DNA of 64,000 bases from Candidatus Saccharimonadales bacterium (GTDB lineage: Bacteria > Patescibacteriota > Saccharimonadia > QS-5-54-17): assembly GCA_040903985.1 (NCBI GenBank), contig JBBDUI010000002.1, positions 29,361 to 93,360 on the forward strand, in the 5' to 3' direction. Positions within the stretch are counted from its first letter, which is position 1; each line of letters opens with the position of its first letter. Below are positions 1 through 10,645 of this stretch, one piece after another. The translations under genes and the position numbers were made by a program. The notes beneath the pieces are model-generated. The model had not been told where the DNA came from. It searched no databases and was given only the letters and a program-made list of their open reading frames with translations.

Positions 1-145
1 AATGTACACTCGAAAAGTTACCCTTCGAGCGGTGGAATCAGATGATTCCATGCAAGCCTTATCGTTAAAACTTGCATCGAGTCACCCCTATCGGCAGCTA
101 AGCTATAGACTCACCTTAAATAATAAACAGCTAATCTGTCAAATA

Positions 146-805
146 CTACTGTGTAAGTTGTCGGTAGGACAGTACATGCCCCTTACCGGCTTCCTTAGTG
201 GCGTAGAGGGCATCGTCGGCCTGTTTGTAAAGTTCTGTCCAGTTTGTCTGATCGCTCAATGAGCTAACCCCGGCCGAGATGGTACAGTTGAACTCAGTTC
301 TACCGTTATAGCTGATGTCGGTACCGGCAACCAGGCGGACTAGGTCGACGGCAATCCCTAGAGCGTCATCTTCATCGGCATCGAGTAGAGCTATCACGAA
401 CTCATCTCCACCAAAACGCGCGATAATGTCATTCTCACGCAGACGAGCATTCATCGCGTCAGTAACCGTCTTTAAAGCTGCGTCTCCGGCTGGGTGGCCA
501 TAGGAGTCGTTGATAATTTTAAAATCATCTACATCGATGCAGATTAGAGATAGCCGGGCCGTATTAGGGTTGTCGTGTCGGCGTCGCTTAAGCTTACTCC
601 ATTCCTCGTCAATTAACAGCTCAAAGCCACTACGATTTACTACCTGAGTGAGATGATCGATGTTCTTCTCCGTCGTCAACCGTTCGATCTCACGCTGTTG
701 GAGCTGGATAGTATCGCGCATATCGCTCATGCGGTCACGGATAAAGGCTTCCTGCGCTAGGTCGTTCAGCTCATTACTAGACTGGCGTGCGAGTTCATTT
801 ATCAT
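146..805 (-). CDS. GGDEF diguanylate cyclase with N-terminal coiled coil
   Basis: DHLTQVVNR, IDVDDFKIINDSYGH, RFGGDEF active site with RxxD I-site (REND); ATG at 805 preferred over GTG 835. Confidence 0.9.
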   Translation of the reverse strand: MINELARQSSNELNDLAQEAFIRDRMSDMRDTIQLQQREIERLTTEKNIDHLTQVVNRSGFELLIDEEWSKLKRRRHDNPNTARLSLICIDVDDFKIINDSYGHPAGDAALKTVTDAMNARLRENDIIARFGGDEFVIALLDADEDDALGIAVDLVRLVAGTDISYNGRTEFNCTISAGVSSLSDQTNWTELYKQADDALYATKEAGKGHVLSYRQLTQ

Positions 806-847
806 AGTTATGACATTATATACTACAATAGTCAATTAATTCAAGCT

Positions 848-877
848 TTGACATCAGGTAGAGGGATAGGCTATACT
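848..877 (+). promoter_or_regulatory. sigma70 promoter for rplJL
   Basis: TTGACA (848-853), 18-nt spacer, TATACT (872-877). Confidence 0.75.
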
Positions 878-887
878 CTCCGACAGT

Positions 888-1030
888 GAGCCAAAGACCG
901 TAGCGCTCAGCCCTAAAGGTTGAATTAAGAATGCTACCGAGGTATATCCAACTAAGTCGGAACTAAGCCTTAGTTGGCAACAGCTAGATTGTTGAATATA
1001 TCTCTGACTGGTCGGTGTCAGAGATTTTTT
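888..1030 (+). ncRNA. L10 leader (rplJ autoregulatory RNA) with attenuator-like hairpin
   Basis: CCAAAGACCGTAGC...TTAA...GCTACCGAGG core upstream of rplJ; hairpin ATCTCTGAC/GTCAGAGAT plus T-run at 1000-1030. Confidence 0.75.
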
Positions 1031-1063
1031 AATGCTCACTAAACATAATAACGAGGTACCATC

Positions 1064-1591
1064 ATGGCAATTTCTCGTACACAAAAAGAAGCCCAGGTTG
1101 AAGCTCTGAAAGAAGAGTTCACTCAAAGCAGTATGACCGTAATGACGGCCTATAGTGGTCTAACGGTGCATGAGGCGCAAGCGCTGCGCAAGCAGATGCG
1201 TGAACTGGGCGGAAACTTCCGCGTGGTAAAGAACGCGATGTTCAAACTGGCCGTAGCCGACAGCTTTAAGGATCTCGATCTCTCACAGCTCGAAGGGCCG
1301 ATCGCCGTCGCCTTCGGTTACAGTGACCCGGTAGCACCGGCTAAAACTATCAGTGACTACGCTAAGAAACATGAGTCATTGACACCACTAGGCGCTTTTA
1401 ACGCTCAGGGTGAATGGTTCGATGCCACCCAGGTGGCTAAACTGGCCAGCCTGCCAAGTCGCGAGCAGTTGACGGCGCAACTGGTAGGTACTATCGCAGC
1501 TCCACTAAGTGGATTCGTTAGCGTCCTACAGGGTAACCTGCGTGGACTAGTAACGGTTCTCGACGGCGTCGCACAGGCTAAGGAAGCATAA
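1064..1591 (+). CDS. rplJ: 50S ribosomal protein L10
   Basis: YSGLTV, VVKNAM, LASLPSREQL motifs. Confidence 0.97.
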   Translation: MAISRTQKEAQVEALKEEFTQSSMTVMTAYSGLTVHEAQALRKQMRELGGNFRVVKNAMFKLAVADSFKDLDLSQLEGPIAVAFGYSDPVAPAKTISDYAKKHESLTPLGAFNAQGEWFDATQVAKLASLPSREQLTAQLVGTIAAPLSGFVSVLQGNLRGLVTVLDGVAQAKEA

Positions 1592-1642
1592 TTAACTTAA
1601 ATTAGATAATTACTCGATTAATTCGAGTTAAAGGAGAATATC

Positions 1643-2074
1643 ATGGCAGAAGCAAAAGATAAGACCGCAGAGGTCGCAGAAGAAGCAAAGACCGAAATTC
1701 CTAAGAAGTTTGAGAAGCTGGTAAAAGAGATCGAGACTCTCAGCACACTGGACTTGAGCGAGCTAGTTAAAGTTCTAGAGGACCACTTCGGTGTGTCAGC
1801 CGCCGCTCCAGCCGCCGCCGCTGCAGCTCCAGCTGCTGAAGCTGGCGAAGCTGCCGAGGAAAAGAGTGAGTTCACTGTAACTCTAACCGATGCCGGCGCT
1901 AGCAAGATCAACGTCATCAAGGCGGTACGAGAGATCACTGGCTTAGGTTTAGCCGAGAGTAAGGCCATTGTTGATGGTGCTCCGAAAGCCGTCAAAGAGA
2001 ACGTAGCGAAGGACGAAGCTGAAGATGCTAAGTCTAAGCTCGAAGAAGCTGGCGCTACCGTCGAGCTAGCCTAA
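1643..2074 (+). CDS. rplL: 50S ribosomal protein L7/L12
   Basis: FGVSAAAP hinge, [30 protein letters not shown]. Confidence 0.98.
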   Translation: MAEAKDKTAEVAEEAKTEIPKKFEKLVKEIETLSTLDLSELVKVLEDHFGVSAAAPAAAAAAPAAEAGEAAEEKSEFTVTLTDAGASKINVIKAVREITGLGLAESKAIVDGAPKAVKENVAKDEAEDAKSKLEEAGATVELA

Positions 2075-2103
2075 GCTAACTCAGACATCGCGCGAAACAT
2101 TAT

Positions 2104-2134
2104 ACTGCTCGGGCAAGGGTCCCGAGCAGTTTTT
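2104..2134 (+). terminator. Rho-independent terminator
   Basis: ACTGCTCGGG/CCCGAGCAGT 10-bp stem plus T-run after rplL. Confidence 0.85.
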
Positions 2135-2262
2135 GTACTCGGCGCCAGACCGGGATAGTAGCTTGTATAAATGTTTTGACTTTTGTATAGTAAAACTGAT
2201 ACAGTGATGGGGAAATAAAGTTAGGGAGCTTTATTCTACGTTTTATTAATTAGGACACAAAC

Positions 2263-2775
2263 ATGACAGACATAGCAGACAAACAGCTAAAACGCTTGCG
2301 GGCGTTGCTTGACGAAGCAGAAACAAGTGTAGCAGCAGCCAAAGAGCTGCTGATTAGTCTTGTCGGTGACGAGGAGACCGTAACACCCAGTTCTAGTGAG
2401 CAGGAAATCGGTAAGGTAATTGAAGGTGTGTTTGACGGTCAGAATATGATTGGACCGGATGGTAAGACCTACCCGGTACCGGCCAACTATGCCTCTAAGT
2501 CAAAGCTAGTTCAGGGTGATATCCTAAAACTAACCATCGCCGATGACGGAACTTTTATCTACAAGCAAATTGGTCCCGTACCGCGCAAGAAGGTGATAGG
2601 TACCGTCGAGCAGAAGGGTGGCCAGTACTATATCAAAGTGGATGAGCAGGACTATCGGGTCTTGCTCGCGAGCGTCACTTACTTTAAGGCTCAGGCTGGA
2701 GATCAAGTTACCGCAGTAATCCCTGAAGACGATACGGCCGAATGGGCCGCTATCGAAGCCGCTATTACGAGTTAA
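2263..2775 (+). CDS. Conserved hypothetical protein (CPR-type, follows rplL)
   Basis: 170-aa ORF with RBS; EGVFDGQNM...YPVPANYASKSKLV motif. Confidence 0.75.
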   Translation: MTDIADKQLKRLRALLDEAETSVAAAKELLISLVGDEETVTPSSSEQEIGKVIEGVFDGQNMIGPDGKTYPVPANYASKSKLVQGDILKLTIADDGTFIYKQIGPVPRKKVIGTVEQKGGQYYIKVDEQDYRVLLASVTYFKAQAGDQVTAVIPEDDTAEWAAIEAAITS

Positions 2776-2785
2776 AAGCCGCTCA

Positions 2786-2830
2786 GCTCGCCTCCGATTT
2801 CCTCTAGTCGGAGGCGAGCATAGTTTTTCT
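2786..2830 (+). terminator. Terminator hairpin
   Basis: GCTCGCCTCCGA/TCGGAGGCGAGC stem followed by T-rich tract. Confidence 0.75.
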
Positions 2831-2917
2831 TAATAACCGTTAGACTTGTAAATTAGCTCTGGAAATTATGGCCGATGTGCGCCATACTAGAATCAGAAAT
2901 TGGAGGAAAACTAACAC

Positions 2918-4360
2918 GTGGGCAAAATAGCGCTCTATCGTCACTATCGTAGTCATGATTTTTCCGATCTGGTAGGGCAGAATCATGTCTCTGTTACGCT
3001 GGAGCAGGCTATTAAGGCTGATCGTATCAGCCACGCATATCTCTTTACCGGGCCTAAGGGAGTGGGGAAGACTAGTGCGGCTCGTATACTGGCGCGACGT
3101 GTGAACGAGATTGAGGAGACAGCTCACCACCCTGATATTATCGAAATCGATGCTGCTAGTAACAACGGAGTCGATGAGATTCGCGAGCTGCGGGAAAAGG
3201 TGCACATAGCCCCCAACTATGCCAAGTATAAGGTTTATATCATCGATGAGGTGCATATGCTTAGCACTGCCGCCTTTAATGCTCTACTCAAGACGCTTGA
3301 GGAGCCGCCCTCCCACGTCATCTTTGTATTAGCTACTACCGAACCGCATAAGCTGCCCCAAACTATTATCTCGCGCACGCAGCATTTCCCCTTTCGTCCT
3401 ATTAGCCATAGCGCTACCCAGAAGCACTTAAAGTCGATTGCTAAGCAAGAGAAGATAAAGATTAGTGATGAGGCACTCTCCTTACTAGCTACTCTCGGCG
3501 AGGGTAGCATGCGGGACAGCATTAGCTTGTTGGATCAGGTCAGCACTAGCGCTACGAGTGAGATTACGGTGACGCAGATAGAAGATATGATCGGGCTAGC
3601 CCGCACCGAACAGATCGCGAGTCTCATCACAGCCGTAGAGGCGCAGGATAATGCAGCTATGCTCAAGGTGTATGACGAGCTGCTTGAGAGTGGTATCGCC
3701 CCACAGCTGTTAATGAAGCAGTTATTATCCTACGTTCGTCGCCAGATTCGCGAACGGATTCAGGCAAAACAGCCGTTAGCCGTGCTTCGCAGCCTGCTGG
3801 AGCAGTTAAGTAGTCTGCCGCCGCATACGGTTAATATCGAATTTGCGCTTGAAGCCCTACTACTAGAAGCTGGCTCGAACCCAACAGATCGAGTCGGGCC
3901 TGCCCCGGCCAAGAATTTCCGGGCCCGAATCGTGAAAGCCAAGCCAAAGTCGGTCGAGACAGCTAAACCGAGTGAGCCTAGCCTTGATCCGACTGCTACA
4001 ACAACGGACTCTACCCAGCTCGATCAAACAGCCTGGATAGAGGCACTAAGCTTAATTAAGCAGCGACACGGAGCGCTCTACGCTCTTTTAAGTAACACTG
4101 ACGTCACATTTAGCGTAGATAGCTGTGAGATTAGTGCGCGCTTCCAGTTTCATTATCGCCGCTTAAATGAGCAGCGAACGCAAGCTTCGATCGCTGACGC
4201 ACTGAAATCAGTCTGTGGTCGGGATATTACAGTCAAGATTAAGTCCGATGCTGCTGCTAAGGCTAAACAGCCACCACCAGAGCCGGAGGCGGAGCAGGAG
4301 GACTTTGACGTGATATCCCAGGTCACAAATATTCTTGGTGGTGAGGTAGCTCATGGCTGA
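2918..4360 (+). CDS. dnaX: DNA polymerase III subunit gamma/tau
   Basis: GPKGVGKT Walker A, EIDAASNNGVDEIR, IIDEVHML, LLKTLEEPP. Confidence 0.95.
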   Translation: MGKIALYRHYRSHDFSDLVGQNHVSVTLEQAIKADRISHAYLFTGPKGVGKTSAARILARRVNEIEETAHHPDIIEIDAASNNGVDEIRELREKVHIAPNYAKYKVYIIDEVHMLSTAAFNALLKTLEEPPSHVIFVLATTEPHKLPQTIISRTQHFPFRPISHSATQKHLKSIAKQEKIKISDEALSLLATLGEGSMRDSISLLDQVSTSATSEITVTQIEDMIGLARTEQIASLITAVEAQDNAAMLKVYDELLESGIAPQLLMKQLLSYVRRQIRERIQAKQPLAVLRSLLEQLSSLPPHTVNIEFALEALLLEAGSNPTDRVGPAPAKNFRARIVKAKPKSVETAKPSEPSLDPTATTTDSTQLDQTAWIEALSLIKQRHGALYALLSNTDVTFSVDSCEISARFQFHYRRLNEQRTQASIADALKSVCGRDITVKIKSDAAAKAKQPPPEPEAEQEDFDVISQVTNILGGEVAHG

Positions 4361-5684
4361 TAAGGTCAAACTCCCACCACAGAACGTACAGGCCGAGAGC
4401 AGCCTGCTCGGCAGTATCTTGATCGATCCAGAGGCACTAACTAAGATTGCCGATACCGTTCGGCCGGATGACTTCTACGAGCAGCGGCATAACCAAATAT
4501 TTACCGCCATGCTGCACCTCTATGAGCAGCGTAAGCCGATCGATGTCTTAACCCTCTCAGAGAAGTTGGAGACTAGTGGGAGCATTAAAGCGGTCGGGGG
4601 CTCCAGCTATATTACCGAATTAGCTAACTCGGTACCTAGCGCCGCCCACATCCATGAATATGGTGAGATTGTAGCCAAGAAGGCTACTCTGCGCCGTCTC
4701 ATTAGTGCGGCCCAGGAGATCACCAACCTCGGCTTTAGTGATGATGAGGATACAGATGCGTTAATCGATCAGGCTGAGCAACTGCTCTATGGGGTTTCTG
4801 AGAATAAAGGTCACACCGGCTTTCGCGCTATCGGGGACGTGTTAAATGAGAGTTTTGACCGGATTGAGGAGCTAAACAAAAACAAAGGTCAGCTCCGCGG
4901 GGTACCGACCGGTTTTAAGGGACTGGATAACAAGTTGGCCGGAATGCAGGACTCTGACCTACTTATCCTGGCCGCCCGTCCAGCTATGGGTAAGACGTCA
5001 TTTGCGCTTAATATCGCCCATAACGTAGCAGTTAAAGAGGGCATTCCAGTGGGTATCTTCAGTCTGGAAATGAGTCAGGAGCAGCTAGTCGATCGCTTAC
5101 TCAGTGCCGAGTCAGGAGTAGACTCCTGGAAACTGCGCACCGGAAATCTAGAAAATACCGACTTTGCCAAGATTGGGGAGGCGATGGGTGCTCTATCTGA
5201 GGCCCCAATCTTTATCGATGATACTCCGATGGCTAATGTCATGGACATGCGGACTAAGGCTAGGCGTATCCAGAGTGAGCACGGTCTCGGCCTGATCATC
5301 GTCGACTATTTACAGTTGATGAGCGGGCGCGGTAACTACGGTGAGAATCGAGTCCAAGAGGTTTCAGAAATCTCGCGGGGCTTGAAGGGCTTGGCGCGTG
5401 AGCTAAATGTTCCGGTTCTAGCTCTATCACAGCTTTCTCGTAGCGTAGAGTCACGCAGCCCGCAAATACCGCAGCTGGCCGACCTCCGTGAGTCCGGTTC
5501 GATTGAGCAGGATGCCGATGTAGTGATGTTTATCTATCGTGAAGAAGTCTACAACCCGGAAACCGACCGACAGAACATCGCCGACATACTAATTAAGAAG
5601 CACCGTAACGGGCCGATCGGTGAAGTCGAACTCTACTTCCATGCCGAGAAGACTCAGTTTCGATCAATCGAGCAGAACCGCTAG
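4353..5684 (+). CDS. dnaB: Replicative DNA helicase
   Basis: AARPAMGKT, IVDYLQLM, LSQLSR, DLRESGSIEQDAD, KHRNGP. Confidence 0.97.
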   Translation: MADKVKLPPQNVQAESSLLGSILIDPEALTKIADTVRPDDFYEQRHNQIFTAMLHLYEQRKPIDVLTLSEKLETSGSIKAVGGSSYITELANSVPSAAHIHEYGEIVAKKATLRRLISAAQEITNLGFSDDEDTDALIDQAEQLLYGVSENKGHTGFRAIGDVLNESFDRIEELNKNKGQLRGVPTGFKGLDNKLAGMQDSDLLILAARPAMGKTSFALNIAHNVAVKEGIPVGIFSLEMSQEQLVDRLLSAESGVDSWKLRTGNLENTDFAKIGEAMGALSEAPIFIDDTPMANVMDMRTKARRIQSEHGLGLIIVDYLQLMSGRGNYGENRVQEVSEISRGLKGLARELNVPVLALSQLSRSVESRSPQIPQLADLRESGSIEQDADVVMFIYREEVYNPETDRQNIADILIKKHRNGPIGEVELYFHAEKTQFRSIEQNR

Positions 5685-5721
5685 CCATGTCTGCTATCTG
5701 CGCCACTAATTTGATTTACCG

Positions 5722-7353
5722 ATGAAGCTACTAGATAACACTTCCAGTCAGATAGAGCGCGGAAAACTCACCCTACCTAATCGTCGCCAAATCTGGAAGT
5801 GGGTGGAGCTAAAACGTGAGGAGCTAGGAGACTGGCTAGTTGCTAATCGCGAACTGACTTTACTAGTCAGTATTATAGTTCTAGCTGCTCTGTTTCGGCT
5901 CTGGCAGCTGCCAAGCCTGCCCTACGGCCTACATCCAGAGGAGGCCGCCAACGGTCTCGACGCTATCTCTATCTTGCAAGGAGATATCCAGCCCTTCTAC
6001 GAGTCTGCTGGGGGACGAGAGGGGCTGCTGTTCTACCTGCAGGCTCTAAGTGTAGCCATTTTTGGCCCTACTATGTTTGCCTTACGGCTGATGCCCGCCC
6101 TAGCTGGCATCGGAGCAGTATTCATGATTTATCTGGCAGGGCGGGTCTGGTTCTCCCGTCGGGTCGGGCTAATGGCTGCATTTTTTATGGCGATTTCGCC
6201 CTGGGCCATTCATATGAGTCGGCTAGCACTACCGGCAGCACTGCTGCTTCTTTTAGTGCCGACTATCCTCTGGCTGTCAGCACGGGCACTCCAGACTAAT
6301 AGAGCAGGCTGGTTTGTAGCTACCGGGGTCGCTATCGGCCTGGGCTTTTATGTTCAGCCGAGTTGGCACGTTTTGCCTTTAGCTCTCGCTCCACTCCTAC
6401 TCTTTAGTCGTTATTTTTATCGTTCTCAGCTTCGCCAGCTTTGGCAACCGCTCTTGATAGTCCTACTCAGTGTCCTGGTGACACTACTGCCTTTTGCTGC
6501 CTATATGGCGACTAACAGCTCCGCCTATTTTGAGCGGCCCACTACAAGTGTCTTTAATGCTGAGCAGCGTGATGAGCCGCTGGCTCAAGTTTTAGTCGAG
6601 TCGGTGGGGCGTACCGCGGGTATGTTCCATATAGCCGGAGATCGTAATCAGCTACATAATCTGCGCGGTGAGCCCCAGCTCACAGCCCTGGTCGGTGTAC
6701 TCTTCTTGCTAGGTCTTCTGTTGAGCTGGCGGCGGCGGCATGACATTCGCTACACGGCGCTGGTATCGCTACTTGCGGTCCTGCTACTACCGGCGGCACT
6801 AAGTATGGGAAATGTCGCTCCTAGCGCATTACGGGCGGTGGCGGCGGCTCCTATCATCTACATCTTAGCTGCTATTGGGCTGAGTGAGCTAATTGCCCGC
6901 TGGCGCGGTGTGTTTCCTCGTAACCCACTAGCACTTCACTTAGCTATAACCATCATCGTGGCCGCAGGTGCTATCACTACTATTTATAGCTATCAGCGTT
7001 ATTTTGTGGCCTGGGCTAATGCACCTCAGACTTTTACGGCCAGTTACGAGCCGATGCGGGCGGTAGCCGAGTTCATGCTGACTCACGATATCGACGGCAC
7101 TTACTTTGTGGTCGCTAGTGAATACCAAGTATTGTCGGTAAGCTTTTTAACCGACGGTAAGGTCGAGTACATCCAGGTCTCTCCACCGGATGCGGGCGAG
7201 GTCGAGTTAGCGGTCGGAGATAGGTTAATCGTGCCTTACCTTAACCGCGAGCAGGACATCGAGCTCGGAGCTGCTGCGCTCGATCAGGTAACCCAGATCT
7301 CTCGCTATCGCTCCGATACAGCTTTATTCACGCTGTATCGAGTGGAAGAGTAG
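5722..7353 (+). CDS. GT39/ArnT-like (PMT family) membrane glycosyltransferase
   Basis: Many TM helices; LFRLWQL...HPEEA acidic loop; ALRLMPALAG; AISPWAIHMSR. Confidence 0.75.
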   Translation: MKLLDNTSSQIERGKLTLPNRRQIWKWVELKREELGDWLVANRELTLLVSIIVLAALFRLWQLPSLPYGLHPEEAANGLDAISILQGDIQPFYESAGGREGLLFYLQALSVAIFGPTMFALRLMPALAGIGAVFMIYLAGRVWFSRRVGLMAAFFMAISPWAIHMSRLALPAALLLLLVPTILWLSARALQTNRAGWFVATGVAIGLGFYVQPSWHVLPLALAPLLLFSRYFYRSQLRQLWQPLLIVLLSVLVTLLPFAAYMATNSSAYFERPTTSVFNAEQRDEPLAQVLVESVGRTAGMFHIAGDRNQLHNLRGEPQLTALVGVLFLLGLLLSWRRRHDIRYTALVSLLAVLLLPAALSMGNVAPSALRAVAAAPIIYILAAIGLSELIARWRGVFPRNPLALHLAITIIVAAGAITTIYSYQRYFVAWANAPQTFTASYEPMRAVAEFMLTHDIDGTYFVVASEYQVLSVSFLTDGKVEYIQVSPPDAGEVELAVGDRLIVPYLNREQDIELGAAALDQVTQISRYRSDTALFTLYRVEE

Positions 7354-7415
7354 TCTATTATCCACTCATTTCGTCCGTAGGTTTGCTACAATAGGAGAGT
7401 ACTTAAATATATGAG

Positions 7416-7697
7416 GTGTTTCAGATGAATCCTAAGCAACTAATGCAATTACGCAAAATTCAAAAGGAACTGGCTCGCGAGGTGGTCGAGGTCGAGGCTG
7501 GCGATGGTGCCGTCAGAATCCAAATCAGCGGCGAGCAGAAGGTCAAAAGTGTGAAGATAGATCCTGACAAGGTGGCCGATACGACTAAACTTGAGAAGTG
7601 GCTGGAGTCGGCTATCACGCAAGCTATTACTAAGTCACAGCAGATCGCAGCCGATAAGATGAAGAGCGCCTCGGCCGGACTGAATCTCGGAATTTAA
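7416..7697 (+). CDS. YbaB/EbfC nucleoid-associated protein
   Basis: VEVEAGDGAVRIQISG motif; directly upstream of recR. Confidence 0.85.
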   Translation: MFQMNPKQLMQLRKIQKELAREVVEVEAGDGAVRIQISGEQKVKSVKIDPDKVADTTKLEKWLESAITQAITKSQQIAADKMKSASAGLNLGI

Positions 7698-8284
7698 TGC
7701 TGCCCAAACCTCTAGAACTTCTGGTCTCTGAACTGAATAAGCTCCCCGGCGTCGGGCCTCGTACAGCCGAACGCTTAGCTATGTCGATTCTACGCCGTGG
7801 AGCCGGCGAAGCCAGTCAGCTCTCAGAGGCTTTGACGAGTCTGCACGCTAATATCGTCGAGTGCAGCCAGTGCCACAACCTTGCTAGTGAGCCACTTTGT
7901 TTTGTCTGTAGCGATCCGAAACGTAGTCGAGACGTGGTAGCGATAGTGGAAGACGCTCTAGACGTAGTAGCGCTAGAGCGGGCTGCCAGCTTTGACGGCG
8001 TATACCATGTCTTAGGTGGTATTATCTCTCCCGTCGATGGCATCGGCCCCGACCAGCTCAATCTTGCCTCATTGAAGCGGCGCGTAGAAGGGGGAGGTAT
8101 CGAAGAGTTGATTCTAGCTACTAACGCCAGTGTGGAAGGAGAAGCTACGGCACACTACATTCGTCGGTTCTTACCGGATATTAAGATTACTCGTCTAGCC
8201 CGTGGGCTGCCGATGGGCAGTGATCTGGAGTATGCCGATCAGACCACCCTAGTTCGGGCGCTAGAAGGACGGCAAACGGTATGA
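7697..8284 (+). CDS. recR: Recombination mediator RecR
   Basis: LPGVGPRTAERLA, C4 zinc finger, YHVLGG, LARGLPMG. Confidence 0.96.
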   Translation: MLPKPLELLVSELNKLPGVGPRTAERLAMSILRRGAGEASQLSEALTSLHANIVECSQCHNLASEPLCFVCSDPKRSRDVVAIVEDALDVVALERAASFDGVYHVLGGIISPVDGIGPDQLNLASLKRRVEGGGIEELILATNASVEGEATAHYIRRFLPDIKITRLARGLPMGSDLEYADQTTLVRALEGRQTV

Positions 8285-9282
8285 ACTATACTCCGGAACT
8301 TTTACTTCGCTTCGGCACATTGTTAGATGAAGCCAGTCATGTCGTGGTCATGCAAGCCGAGCATATCGATGCCGATAGCCTTGGCTCCAGTCTCGGTCTC
8401 GAAGCGGCTCTTACTAAGTTGGGCAAACAAGTTACACTCTACTGTCACGATGAAGTACCGAGCTACCTGAAACATTTTCCAGGACAGGACCGGGTGACGC
8501 AAAATCTACCAGGTAAATATGACCTGGCTATCCTGGTTGACTCTAGTACTCACAGTCAGATTGAGCGGACCTGGAGTGAGCATAAAGCCGCTCTCTCGCG
8601 CCGTCCTTTTGTCTGTATTGATCACCACGTCTCGACTAATAATCAGATCAATGGAGCCAACGTGCTGCTGCTGCTTGACGATACTGCCGGAGCTAGCGGC
8701 CAACAGGTAGTCGAGCTGGCGCAGCACTATGGCTGGGAGCTTGATGCTGAAGCTGCCTATGTCCTAGCCGCCGCCATCAAATCCGATACCGTTAATCTCT
8801 CTACTAGATATACCAGTGCCGCTACTTTTCGGGCGATGGCCTATCTAGTGGAACAAGGTGTAGATCTGGAGGAGCTCAGGCTCAACGTAGAGAAGGTCAG
8901 CAGTATCCCAGCCACCCAGTTGCATTTACGAGCCGAAGTATTAGCCCGTACTAGTTTTTTTAAGGATAATCAGATCGCCGTCACCTACTTTACCGCGGAG
9001 GAGTATAAGCTGCTAAGTGAGGACAAGCTATTGATCGAACGTACTAAGCATGAGTTGAGAACACTCCAGGAAGTCGAGATTGCCGTCGTTATCACCGAAC
9101 GTAAAGGCTACAGTAACGCTTCAATGCGAGCTAACGTTGGGGTAGCCCGGCTTACAGCTGAACATTTCGGGGGCGGGGGGCACGACAAGGCCGCTTCTTG
9201 TCGGTTTGAAAACGCCACTCACACTGAAGTCACCGAAGCTATCGTGCCAGTTATTGAGAGGCTACTGGATGAAGCTCTATAG
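8281..9282 (+). CDS. DHH/DHHA1 phosphoesterase (NrnA-like)
   Basis: HIDADSLGS, IDHH, SDT, GGGGH motifs. Confidence 0.88.
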   Translation: MNYTPELLLRFGTLLDEASHVVVMQAEHIDADSLGSSLGLEAALTKLGKQVTLYCHDEVPSYLKHFPGQDRVTQNLPGKYDLAILVDSSTHSQIERTWSEHKAALSRRPFVCIDHHVSTNNQINGANVLLLLDDTAGASGQQVVELAQHYGWELDAEAAYVLAAAIKSDTVNLSTRYTSAATFRAMAYLVEQGVDLEELRLNVEKVSSIPATQLHLRAEVLARTSFFKDNQIAVTYFTAEEYKLLSEDKLLIERTKHELRTLQEVEIAVVITERKGYSNASMRANVGVARLTAEHFGGGGHDKAASCRFENATHTEVTEAIVPVIERLLDEAL

Positions 9283-10642
9283 CACTCTAAACAAACAGGT
9301 TACAGAATTTAAGCCGCTTGCCCCCGGCAGGGTAAAGATGTTTGTCTGCGGCCCGACCGTTTACGAACTGTCCCATATCGGTCACGCTAAAACCTACATC
9401 CAGATGGACGTCCTAGCGCGAACTCTGCGCCGACTGGGCTACGAGCTGACCTACTTGCAAAACATTACCGACATCGACGACCGGATCATTACTCGAGCTT
9501 GGGAGCGGAGTGAGGACTGGCGAGAGCTGGCGAACCATTTTGAGGCAGAGTACCTAAAAGATATGACCACGCTTAACAATATGGCTGTCGATACTTACGC
9601 CAGAGCCACCGACCATATCGACGATATTATTCGTCAGGTGGAGGCGCTGATGACGAAGGGTCACGCCTACGAGATAGCAGATGATGGCATCTACTTCGAG
9701 ATCGCCACTTTTCCTGATTATGGTAAACTGTCCGGTCGTCAGCAGGTTGGTGAGCACGACTCACAAGCGCGAATTGATCAAAGTGAACATAAGCGTGGCT
9801 GGAACGATTTCTGTCTTTGGAAGTTCCACAAGCCTAATGAGCCGGCCTGGGATGCACCGTTTGGTAAGGGTAGGCCCGGCTGGCACATTGAGGATACGGC
9901 TATCAGTGAACACTACTTCGGACCCCAGTACGATATTCACGGCGGAGCCATCGATCTCATTTTTCCGCACCATGAGGCCGAGTTAACACAGATGGAGGCC
10001 ATTTCCGGTCTCACTCCGTTTGTCGGCTATTGGACGCACACCGGCTTTCTGCAGGTGGATGAGGAGAAGATGTCGAAGAGCTTAGATAACTTCTACACCA
10101 TCCAGGATGTAGTGGACCGAGGGTATGACCCGATGAGTTTACGTTTAGCTGTCCTACAATCACATTACCGCTCACCGATAAACTTTACCTGGGACACTCT
10201 CAAATCGGCTCACACCCGTCTGATGGATTTAAGGGCCATGGCCGATCTACGGTGGCAGCTGTATAAGGATGAGTCAGCCAACTCTGATATCAGCTTCGAT
10301 AAGTCGAGCGAATCTTTCCTGAATGCGATGGCTAACGACCTCAACTCGCCCCAGGCTCTGGCTCAAATAGCGAACGATGAAAGACTATTCGCCCAAAATC
10401 TGATCAGTGAGAGTCAGCAGGACGGTTTCATTAATTACTTACAGACCATTGATGATGTGCTAGGCCTAGGCCTACTTAGCTCTAGTGACATTACTGAGGA
10501 GCAGAAGGAACTACTGCAGCAGCGTGAACACGCCCGCACGGCGGCAGACTGGAAAGCAGCCGATCTAGCCCGAGACGAGTTAGCCAAGCACAACTTAGCC
10601 GTACGGGACACTCCGAAGGGTCAGGTCTGGGCGCGTACCTAG
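9269..10642 (+). CDS. cysS: Cysteinyl-tRNA synthetase
   Basis: CGPTVY, HIGH, GRPGWHIE, FPHHE, KMSKS; ATG 9269 (MKLYSTL). Confidence 0.97.
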   Translation: MKLYSTLNKQVTEFKPLAPGRVKMFVCGPTVYELSHIGHAKTYIQMDVLARTLRRLGYELTYLQNITDIDDRIITRAWERSEDWRELANHFEAEYLKDMTTLNNMAVDTYARATDHIDDIIRQVEALMTKGHAYEIADDGIYFEIATFPDYGKLSGRQQVGEHDSQARIDQSEHKRGWNDFCLWKFHKPNEPAWDAPFGKGRPGWHIEDTAISEHYFGPQYDIHGGAIDLIFPHHEAELTQMEAISGLTPFVGYWTHTGFLQVDEEKMSKSLDNFYTIQDVVDRGYDPMSLRLAVLQSHYRSPINFTWDTLKSAHTRLMDLRAMADLRWQLYKDESANSDISFDKSSESFLNAMANDLNSPQALAQIANDERLFAQNLISESQQDGFINYLQTIDDVLGLGLLSSSDITEEQKELLQQREHARTAADWKAADLARDELAKHNLAVRDTPKGQVWART

Positions 10643-10645
10643 TCT

